Positions 48,961 through 60,803 of a DNA stretch of 64,000 nucleotides are shown in pieces. The notes beneath the pieces are model-generated. The model was not told the DNA's origin. It was given only the letters and a program-made list of their open reading frames with translations, and did not search any database. Origin of the DNA: Thalia democratica. Taxonomy: Eukaryota. A program made the translations under genes and the position numbers. Where the stretch lies: positions 23,436,001 to 23,500,000 of the forward strand of contig OZ241828.1 in NCBI GenBank assembly GCA_965202585.1, written 5' to 3'. Position 1 is the first letter of the stretch. Each line of letters opens with the position of its first letter.

Positions 48961-51329
48961 AGATTAAAACATGATAAGTAACACAAATCAATAGAAGCAT
49001 CTTTTGTTTGTTAATTTAGTTTTTTTGTTTTAAAGTTATAAAATATAATTAAACATGCTCAAATTACAATTTAGATTATAAAATAAAATAATGCTTGGTT
49101 CAGATACATTGTTAGACTAAAGTTTAAACTTTAAAAGTTGTGAAACTTCTTGCTTTCAAGTGATATTTATTTTCAAAATAAAAACTGTTTGAAAAAAGCT
49201 ACAAAATTCTTTATTAAAAAAAGCAATTTTATATTTGGTTATATGTCAAAACAAATTTTTTGTTTTGAAATTGAAGTAAAATTGATAAGATAAATCGTTT
49301 AATGAAATGTGTTGTGAATCTTTTTACTTCTCTATCTTTAATTTTTAAAAATAAATTACATTCTAAAAATATTGAAACTTTACTTTGCATATGATAATAA
49401 AAGAGTTTTAAGAAGATATTAATTAAATGTTTACAATAAAAGAATATACAAAAAAAAAAACTAGTATTTAAAGTAAAGTTACATTCACTCAAAATTTTCA
49501 CAAAAAACTTTTAACTTCTATAAATATTAATTGCTTGTTAACATAAATGTAAGTTGTAAAGTGAGTTACAAAAACAGTTTATATAAAACTAAAAATTTTT
49601 TAAAACTAAAACCAAAAGTTTTTTAAAACTAAAACTGAAGCGTCAGTGAACTGTGAGTTTTACTGGATAACTGCATTTGTAAAAGAAGCTTATTTTTGAA
49701 AGGGAATAAACATATTGAAATAATTAACTTTAATATTTCTAAATTATTTTGTTGTATGTGACAAAATATTCTTAATTTATATTAGTTTAATGTTCGTCTT
49801 AATGTTATATTAATTTTATGGTATTTTATTATTGACTTGCAATTTGTCTATTTTTGAAATGGCGTAGTATTATATCAAAAATATAAACAAGTTTTTTGGT
49901 TAATTTATTTTAGAATAACTGTTTTTTATTATTTTTTCCAATTTTTATAAGTGCTTATAAATAAAATTAGACGTTTATTGGCTAAATAAACGAACAAAAT
50001 TACATTTAAAACTTTTGTAGTAAAACTTCATTGCTATATTAAAGTGACGCAGCTTGTTTTAAACTAGCAAGTCAAGCATTTAATTTTTAGATTAATATAA
50101 AAATACTAATAGTTATATTAAACCACCAAATATATAAATTTTATTGTCATAACTTAAAATTTCTAGGCCGACGCATGGCTATAAATAATTTGATTATTTT
50201 CTTTTCAATTTATAATTAAAAAAAAAATTAGAGCTGTATATAGATTCTTATCAAAACTTTTAAAATAATTATTTAAAATGTTATATTAGTTTTAAAAAAT
50301 TTTATTCTTTTCATAATATTATGTTAAAATCTTTACCAAACTAAAGTAAAATATGAGAAAGTTTCAGATCATTTTTATTCCAATTTAGAGATAAAATATA
50401 CCTTTTATTAACTTAATTTTTTTTTTTTTGAATATTTAAAATATATCTTGTATCAATTTATATGAAAGTATTTATCTGTATAAAAATAAGTGAAGAATAA
50501 GTTTTTTGTTTTACTAAATATATGTTAATGACAGTTTTACTTTTACACCGCTTTTAGTTTTGTTTAATATTTTTTAAGCACTTTAATACATACAGTGCCA
50601 CTATGCTTTTAATTTTGTTCAATAAAAAGTATATTACTTTTGTTATTATTTTTTATTACCTGTTTTAATAAGTATGATAATAATTACGTGGTCTTTGCTT
50701 TCTAAAGTTGACCTTTTTTGTAACAATCTTTAAATCAGAAACAAACAAACCAATTGATATTATTTGATTTTACTTTTGCTCTGGTCTTTAGTAGTATTAG
50801 TAATTGTTGATTAATTAGCTTATCATAAAGATACTTTTCAGATTAAGTAAAAAATTGGAAGATTATTACTGTTATCAAAAAAACAATTTTTCTGTTGAAA
50901 ATAAGTGAAAGCTTATGAAAAAGTAAGTGATTATTTGATATATGAGATAAAATTAAAAATATCTACTAAATGATTTTATTTATATTAAGTTTACTGTATA
51001 ATAGTAAACTTTGCAAATGGTTATCTAATAACTTATAGTTTGTAGAAATTTGAACTACTTGTAAAACAATTAACTATTACATAAACTTATCCCAGTATGT
51101 AGGGTTTTTAGAAAATGTTTTTAGAAACAAAAATAAAAATGGTCTTTCACTTAAAGTTAAACAAAAATTGTTCAAAATACAATAAAAACGTACTCAAGTT
51201 GAACAAAATACTATAAATCATTGTTTAAATAAGACTGGAACTAAACTTAAAACATTCCGTTAAATTTCATATATATTTTTGTTTTTTACAGCTTTTTGTG
51301 TTTAATCTTTTCTGTCTGATAAAAGTTAT

Positions 51330-52050
51330 TGTTTTGATAACTTTTACCACCTTACAAAATTACGTCAGAATAGAATATTTACTGTTATAAAAAAATTTTT
51401 AACTATAAAACTCAAAATTTTGATTTGCCGTAGTTTACTTGATAAAAGCAACTGCATTTAAATTTTACCTGTCTGAGTTTCTAGCGGTTGCAAACGTTAT
51501 AAATTTTTATTGTCTTTACAACAAACCATAGTATTTTAAAGCTTTTCCTTTTTAAACTATAATCCTGAATATTAAACTTTCAATTGTGATGTAATGACAA
51601 AAAATAATACTTTGCTTTAAACAATATAAATAATAATGATACACTAAATTTAATTTTAAGTTTTTTGCACTAAATCCGCGTATTTAATCTTGTTTCTTAC
51701 GGTCATACAGTTTTATTGTTTACTACTGCATAATATTTTTTTTATTAGTTGTTCTGTAAATAATGACATAAAACAATTTTAGCTGTTAAAGAATGTGATC
51801 GATAAAAATATTTCGATTGAATTTTTTATGTTTAAATTTCTAACGGTTGCACAAAACTTCACACAGTTTTATTGTTTTTACAAACAATAATGTATTTATT
51901 AATTATACTGTGATTGATGACATACAAAAATTTTTACTGTACAGAATTTTATTGATAAAAATATTTGCATTCAAATTTTGTCGCGTTTAAGCTTTTAACG
52001 GTTGCACAAAACGTCATAATGCTTTTTTGTTTTTACAAACAAACCATTGT
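51330..52050 (+). repeat. Degenerate tandem repeat, units of about 155-180 bp
   Basis: CGGTTGCA(C)AAAAC motif at ~51485, ~51844 and ~51999 with recurring GATAAAAATATTT and TTTATTGTTTTTACAAAC context. Confidence 0.55.
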
Positions 52051-54108
52051 GTTATAGCTTCCCTTTTTCTAAAAATTTCCATTGTTGTGTTTGCCCACTG
52101 AAATGTGAATTTTCAACCATGCATTCAAAAGTCCATACTGACGTATTGAAATTAAAACTTGCTCGTTCAACATTTTGCCAATGACTAATTGAAAAGTTGT
52201 TGTTCACACGTGATAGTTTTGAAAATTAAATCTATCACATTTTTGTAAATTTTAAAAGTTGCTCCATTGCGACCATTAATTTTTATTTTTAAGTTTTATT
52301 AGGAAGTTTAAAAATAACGTAATTCCATAGTTGATTATATGTATATATATGTTTTTTTTTCGTATAGTAATTACCTCTATTTATTAAATATGTTTGTTTC
52401 TTATACCTTAAGTAAAATTTTTCTGAAATAGCTGATTTGAAATATAGTTTGACTTAAAAGTTTGCTTAACAATAAATATTTGTTCGACCAATACAATGTT
52501 AAATAATTAATTATTTAATAATAGTTAATTTGATAATTTTAAATAGCAGTTTTAAATTACTTTTTTTAATTTTCTAGCAAACTTTTTACATAGCTATCAA
52601 TGTAAGTGAATTCAAAAATTACCTTCTAACTAAAATACTAACCAGCCTTGGTATTTTATTTATTGATACTAGATTACAACCGATTTTTTGTTAGCTTAGC
52701 AAACAGTGAACTTAAAGTGTATTTTTTGAAAGTTGAATATTCAATGAAAAGCTCCTAGCTGCGTCATGTAAGATATACAAATAATTTTTCAACATTTATT
52801 TAAGTTAATACTATTTGGTACATCGCATATATACCAACCGCCAAATATGTAGATTTTTTCATCGTAAATTTAATACTCATCATAATGTGAGTGGTACAAA
52901 TAAAATTATTTTTTATATTCTTCAAGTGAAATATATGTTTTCCATCTAAAAGCCGTTCAAATAATAAGCTTAAAGCATTTAAAATTATTTTAGCACTTTC
53001 ATTTTAAAATTTATTATATTGAATTTTGAATTGCTGTATAATTTTTATAAATTATTTACAATAACTTTTAAGCTTAAAACAATTCTTAGATGTTTATGTT
53101 TTTATAATAAAAACTAGTTTACACTGACCGTTAAAAAATTATTGCTTTAAAAATATTGTTTACACAGTTATGTTTGTTTAACATGTAAAACCGTTATAAA
53201 AAAAGCGCAAATATGTTATAAGTTTTTCTGTTAAACGAAGTGACTCTGCTTGTGTTAGTAGTTTGGTTACCAACTAATATAATTGTTAAATATAAAACAA
53301 TTTTAAATGTAATAATAAAGTAATAAAAAAGAAATAAATAAAATCATTGAATTAACATAATGTTTATAAAAGCTTATTGTAAAGCTTAAAAAACTGTTAT
53401 AATCTTAAAAAGAATGTATAGTAGCAGTTATTTACTTATGTTTAAGTTTATGTATAAATTAAAAATAACTGTTTAGCATTTATATCTATAAATGTTTTTG
53501 ATCACATTATTTTTGCTTTGTTGTCATCTGCTTATTTAATGCCACATCTTTTGTCTCGAAACTGATTTACTTTAAAACTAAAATTGTAATGTTATTGAAA
53601 ACACTGAAAGCTTAATTTATATGAATAAAATAAATGCAAAACCTTCAAAAAACTTTTTTTTTTACAAATATTTAGTTTGTATTAGACTGGGACTGAAACT
53701 TTAATTATATTAATGAAGTTGTGTTAAAGTATTTTATAGCATACATTCAAGATCTTGCATTGTTGAAAAGCCAAAAGTAGTATAAAAATAAAGTAAACAA
53801 GTAAAAAGTTTTAGTGAAAGATATTTAGTTATTTAGTTTAAAGTATTAATAATAACTTAGTACTTAAAGTTAACTGTATTTTGTCAGATTTAGGTAAAAT
53901 TAATTTAATTTTTTTTTACATTAAGAGATAATCATTAGGTCAATAGTAACTTTAATAAAACTTATACTCAAACTTATTTTTTAAATTTACAAGTTTTTTA
54001 ATATCATAAGCTTACATTGTAATATTTAAAAAAAAACTATAAGGTTGAGTAACTGTTCAAAATTTAGGTTTAAATTGTTTGCTAACAAAAGATTCTAGTG
54101 AAGTAACT

Positions 54109-54421
54109 TCACTGGAATATAAATAAAAACAAATTATACAGTAATCTTCTTTTATTTCTAAAATGTTGCTTCTACTCTTGGTATCAACAAACATCATTAA
54201 GATCATTTATTATGTTTTGTTGTGTAATTTAGCTTACTGTAAAAAATATCTTATTTTAATGAAAACATGTATACTCCTACGTTATTCTATGATTCTATTC
54301 TCTCATTACAGTAATTTATTTTTTATTTTTTACAGAACCCAGTTGAAGTATGTTGATTCGTTGACACACAGAAACATATGTTGGTAGAATAAAGTAAGAT
54401 TACTGTATAATTTGTTTTTAT
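54109..54421. mobile_element. Foldback MITE, copy 2
   Basis: TTCACTGGAATATAAATAAAAACAAATTATACAGTAATCTT ... AAGATTACTGTATAATTTGTTTTTAT; homologous to 18500-18842. Confidence 0.75.
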
Positions 54422-55912
54422 AAGGTTGAGTAGAAATATTACCACTTATATGTTGTAAATATTATAAAGCTTATAAGTTTTGAATTTTTTTTTAGAAGTA
54501 TCAACAACTAAACATTGGATTCTCACCAAAATGGATCAAAAGTAACTATCTACGGAGAGGATAGTGAAAGTCAAGGGTACTTTTCTGGAGATAGACACTC
54601 TTTCGCAGTCACAACATAGGTACACTTAACTTATATTTCACATATTAAAGTCATCAAATATTTTAAGATGTATAGAATATGCTAATTAATTTTCTTTTTA
54701 CCTTTTTAACTTAAAAATAAAAATTAATCGAAACTTATATTCCTTTTACATATACAGTTGTATATAAAACACTATTCACTAAGCTAACTTTCTACTATAT
54801 ATCACTATATATAAGCTTTTCAACAAATATGTTTCTTTTGCAGAATGTTTTCTGATGGGTTCATTTTAGAAAGAGGGACCCTATTTTTAAAATTGACATC
54901 TGACAGGAAGTTCCAATAAATCCTCACAAATTTGCAAATGAACAAGAACCAAACAATGAAACAAGAGATAAACCTTAGATAAATTTGTTATCAAAGTTTA
55001 TTTGGGTTTTTGGTTCAGGTTTATCTTCGATTGAAAAATTAAAATTTTTATGATTCAACTTTTATTTTAGATTGAATCGTTATAATATAAAGTATAGCGA
55101 TGCAAACAATTTTACTAGGAACATGTAATCGAATTTATAATAAAAATTAACTTTCACATGAATCTTTGTTTTAAATATGCTTATTCAATATATTCTTGGT
55201 TTTATTTTAAAGAAGTATGTTTTTCTTGAATTTTAAGAGAATGTTTTAAACCAAAAAGTTTTTAGTTTTTATCATCAAATTTTTATATTTTTTTTGGTAC
55301 TTATTTATAATAATGAGTATATTTAGATGCTAAAAATCTGAAAGTTTGAAACTATTATGCTTTGAAAAATTATATTTTTTTTAATATTGTTTTTTAATTC
55401 AAATTTAATTTTTTTTTCAACATACAAAATTGTTGTTACTGTTTTTTGTTTAGAGCTTTTAGTAACCTTCATGGTTATAAATTGTAATCTTTCATAATAA
55501 ACTTTAGAATTTGACATTTTGAAATTCTAAGAGAATTCTTTTTCTATAAAAGTAGTTTAAAGTAATAAATTTTATTATTTTAATTTGTTAGAAGATTTTT
55601 ATTGATTGTTTGTATGAGCCAATATTTCATAAGTAATAAAATATAAGGTTCTTTTCAATAATTTTCTTTAAAATGTTGTAAGTTATTGATTACTTTGTGT
55701 TGTAATAACAAATAATATAATTCAATATGATCAATTTTTAAAAACTAAAACAACTGTTTTATTAGGAGTTAAAATCGTGTTATGTTATTTTAATAAAAAA
55801 ATAATTTTAACGTTCCCGTGATTACTACAGTTTGCACAATTTTTAAACTTAAGAATCACAAAAAATATAATTGTTTCAAAGTTTAGCAAAAAGCATTTAA
55901 ACTAGTATAACT

Positions 55913-56217
55913 CAAGGTTGCCAAAAAACTATAAAAAAAGACAAAGAAAAGTCAGAAAAATAAATATAAACATGCTAATAATAAGGAATTTTCTCATCAC
56001 TAAACACTGCACTTTGCTAATGTCATTTTTCATAAAGTTTTGCTTTTGCAATTCATATTTTCTCAGGGCCAATTGAATTTTTGGAATAAATTAAAAGCTT
56101 TTATTATCTCTGTTTTTTGAATGTCTTTGGTTACATATTTTTCTATAGGTGTTAGTTAAGAATTTTTGTTTAGAAAAGTCAATATTTTTTTATTCAATTG
56201 GATCTTTGGCAACCTTG
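55913..56217. mobile_element. MITE with family-A-like termini but different interior
   Basis: CAAGGTTGCCAAA ... TTTGGCAACCTTG perfect 13-bp inverted termini. Confidence 0.6.
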
Positions 56218-59200
56218 ATAATTTTTCTACTGAACTTAAGTCTTCAATTTTACTACAAAGTATCATAATGCACTCTGACACGCTTAGTGACGTCATTAAC
56301 TTTTTACACACTAAAAAGTAGTTTTAATCTCATATAATTATCTATTCATTAAATATTAATTAATCTTCTTTCCAATGATAACGACAACTTGGAATATTTT
56401 AAGGCACAATTATGTGTCCAATACACTTTGAAAAATTAGTAAAATAGCTGATTAGGTTTTTTTAAAGTTTTAAAATTTCTCTAGTTATTAGAACTTGTTG
56501 TCTGAATTTATATTTGTTTGGTCTTTTGCTTACATATAAGGTTTATGGTAAGCTGTTAGCAAATATATTGAAAATTATATAATAAATCTAGAAGGTATAT
56601 CATTTATTTGATATTTCAGTTTTACAAAAAAAGTTAATTACACATTATAAGCGAAATGCACTCTACCACGCTTAGTGACCTTATCAACTTTTACCCAAAT
56701 CAAAAAGAAAGCTATTTGTTATTTCGATATTGTAACTACTTTTTCATATCAACACTAATCAATAGAGATATGTGCATCATTATAAAAAGGGCAGACCAAT
56801 CGCCTTATATATATTTTTTGTATGGTTTCCTAATGTGGGTAATACCGCTTTAAAGGTAGTAAAGCGGCAAAAATGTAAATGGGTAGTTAACTAGAAAAGA
56901 GGCGGTTTTCAAAAATGAAAAAACTATTCATTTAAATTTTGGTTAAGGCGGCGTTTTTATAAATTATTTTGGCATACCCTGGTATAGCCTAATATTCAAT
57001 AAAAGCATCTTGATAAGTATTTCCATGCTTTTCGATAATTTTAAGCTTACACTCTAAGCTTATAGTGTAAATTTTTATTAGAAAAGTTTTACCATACTAA
57101 GTATTTTTAAACCAAAACTTTATAGTTTAATATCTTACAATGTTTACAAAAGTTTTTTAAAAATCATCATCAAATTTTTATTTTGATTCCTAGCTACAGT
57201 TTTGTATGTTGAAAACCACTAAACTAAAGTTTTTTTTTTGTTAAAACTTTATGGTAAATGTTTTTATTCAAAAGCTCTGTAAACCGAAAAACGTCTGGAA
57301 ATTTGAAGAACTCAAATACAAGTGTGTACTAGCTGATTACAAGTCTGATTAAAAATGATTCAAATTAAATTTTTCATTTTAAATTAATAACTAAAATAAT
57401 TGTTAAAATTTGTTTGGTCAACTGTGTAGTTTGAGTGAATCACCACTTTAAAGAATATTGCGATTAAATTTCGTTTAAAATTTTCTAAAATTTGATTATG
57501 TGTATCAATTTTTATGTAAATTTTTGATGTCTTATAATTGATTAATATTTTTAGCCAAAATAAGTTAAATAAAAAACTTGTGTATACAGAACTTTTTGCA
57601 TTTGCAACACAAAAAATACGTTAAATCATCATAAAACTAGTCTAGAATTTATACTTGTAGATGTTTGAGTTAATAAAAAACGTGTGTTTTCAAATAAAAA
57701 TTAAACTTTTTAGAGTTATTTTAAGTACACTTTTTTATCATTTTTAAAATACTTTAGTAGTACAAGACACCAACAATTGTTTTCCAAATCATACCTAAAA
57801 CAAAACTAGTTTTTGACATAGCTTATTTTTTATTTATTAGTATTTTGCTAGATAGATACGTTAGCTATCAGCATAAAAAGCCAAGAGCACTCAATACAGT
57901 TTATTTTTAGACTTTGTTTTACTTTAAGTTTTATTCTTAATATTGTAGGTATTTAAAGTCGAAATATTGCTCAGTTTAAAGGTTATGACCGCATTTTTTT
58001 ATCTGTAAACTTTACACCATTTTTTTGTACTTTAGTAGCTGATATTCAAACTCAAAAAGAATTTGCTAAATTGTTGTTAAAAATTGAATACGTTTAACAG
58101 TATTGAACTTATAGCTCGAAGTCGGTTTGAAATACTTGCGGGTCACGTCTCGTCTGTCCCGTAATTTTCCGACCCCTGCCTTACATGTTTGGCATGCGAA
58201 ACCAAAAAGTAATAGAATATATGAACTGTCACCACATATACTCTCTAAATAGAATAGTTAATGTATATTTGTTTTAAAAGGAATTAACTTTTAGTATTGT
58301 GTAATCAACTTTAAATATTAAACTGTACTTTTTTAAATATATTTTAAAAACACTTACCACATAACTACTAACTATAAACTTTCAGTGTAAAAACATGTAA
58401 AAATGTCAACCGTTAATAGATTTAAAGTTCTTTAAAAGTCTAAGAGTATTTAAAGTTCTACAAACTTGATGTTTTCAAAACTTAAATTGTTAACCATTAA
58501 TTAGTTTTGGTTTAATTAGATTTAAGAATGTTAGTAATATTAAAGTTAGTTTTGTATTTTTAACAAAAACACATTAAAGTATACTTACAAAACAAGCATT
58601 ACTGAAGTTAACTATAAATAAAGTATAACCAGCATTAGTTAAATTTTTCAATTAAAAACTAAGTTTCCGTTAGACATTATTTAAACTTCATAAGTAAAAG
58701 CTTCTATACGGTTCTTATACTTAACAGCGTGTATAATTGTAAAAGTAACATCAAGTTACTAATGGTGCAAAACAGTAAACCAGGTTTTTATTACAAATTA
58801 AAAAAAAATTGGTTTTTAACATTTGTTCATAGAAGATGTGTCAGTTTTAATTGCTTAAATATATTTTATTAAAAGAAACTATACAACTATTTCGCGAAAC
58901 AAGCTGGTTACTGATAAAAAAAATATTAGAATATAAGAGTACTTTGTTTTACTTTAATGGTAGTAGGCAACAAGTTTAAAGAAATAATATAATATATATA
59001 AATGTATGTAAAAAATACGTTCATGTTCAATCGTAATAACTCATTGAATTAAATACTAGTTCTAAACATTGTTAACTCAAATTTAAAATAATTTAGCCTA
59101 TTAGACTTTTCTAATAGGCTTCAAGTTTCACTTCAAGTTTAAAAAAGTTGTAAAAATTTGTAACAATTTATAAATAAAAACTTTTAGTAAACATAAATAC

Positions 59201-60803
59201 TATTTGATTTTTTAATAACAGTTATTTGTATGCTGACCATACAGATTTTTTGCAAAACATCAAAAAAACATTAGTAATAACAAGTTTTTACGAATCAATA
59301 GAATAATCTTTATAATTTATCATGACTATAAAGTATTTGAATTTATATAAACGCTGACCAACTATACCGAAGTTATAATATTTTTGGCATACATAATATC
59401 AAAACGAGAAATATTATTTTGTCGTCTCTTTTTTTTTTACAAAACTGCACAAATCACTAATTTTACGTTTCTGTAGGGTGCTACGGTAAAGGTTGTTTTT
59501 TATACAAAAAATTATACACTTAATATTATAGTAGTTTAAATCGAAATCGTATTTTTAATATTAAATTCCATTTTGTAGATCAAATAGTTGAAGTGAATAA
59601 TCAGAGTGCAGCTGGGAACTACTTGTACATCAGAGTCTGATGATTTAATTCTATTTTTAAGAATCTTTGACCATATTTACAAGCTTTGATTTGTTTTTCG
59701 TGCTGATAGCTTAAAAAAATAAGCTTACAAAACAACAAAAATATCCACACAAATTTTTGTGAAATTAGGTAGTTTTTACTCAAGTTTTTCCACGTATTTT
59801 AAACAGTAAAAAAAAATAAAAATTTTATTGAATTCAGTGTTTTACTATAGCAATTTTAGTTTGTCAATTTTGTTTCAAATAAAAATGAATTCTTTTGTGC
59901 AATTGTAAGAACAATGTAACTACTACAAAACAACTTAAACTACTACTATCCAGTAATCCTTTTCAAACAACGTGAACATTTATTCTAATGAAATTAGCTA
60001 ATAACTATAGATTTTTAAGCAACTGTTTTTTGGTCAGTGTTTACATTTTATGATTACTATTAACATGAAATAAAACTTAAAACTTTTTCATAATGCAGAT
60101 TATAAGCCACTGTTTAGTTTTATTGCTTTGGTTTTTAAATTTTAAAACAAGTTAATCTTGCTTAGAAACAAATAAAAATTATATTATGTTTCAGCTAAAG
60201 TCATTGTATTAATAGTAGTTTGCACAAACCATTGTGTAACCTCTTTTTATTACAAAAATGCATAAATACAGATCATCAAACGTAGCATTCAATTAAAGTA
60301 AAAAAAGTATAGAATGTTAGTTGATTAGGTGCTTGGATTATTACAAAAATTAGTAAAAATTTTTGTTTAAACTATTGATATGTTTGAGCTGAAAATAAGG
60401 ATAAATAAAATCAAGTACTTTCAAATGTCATTTTAACTTTTAATTTAAAAAAAGTTTGTCTTGTCTAAACTAGTTATGTATGTTTAAACTACTTTTAAAA
60501 ATAAACATTTATATTCTTTCCATCTGATAAAGATTGAGACTTTCCAAAGTTGTGAAGTATAACTGAACTAAAGTAAATTTTTAGGTATTCATACCAAAAA
60601 ACTATTTTATGTTTGCCACCAAAAATCTAATTATAAAACTAAAAATTTTACTTAATAATACCTTAAGAGCAATATTATTTTAAACTTAAGCTGACAACTA
60701 TGGTTTACATTGAAAGTTAAACAAAAACACACTTGTATTCGATCAAAAATAGTTCGACGGTCTAGCATTCGGTCTAGCAAAATATTTTTTCAAACAGCAA
60801 GTA

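Noticed and set aside
54844-54975. Mitochondrial-code (TGA=Trp) reading, i.e. a NUMT
   Set aside because: The translation resembles no mitochondrial protein I recognise.
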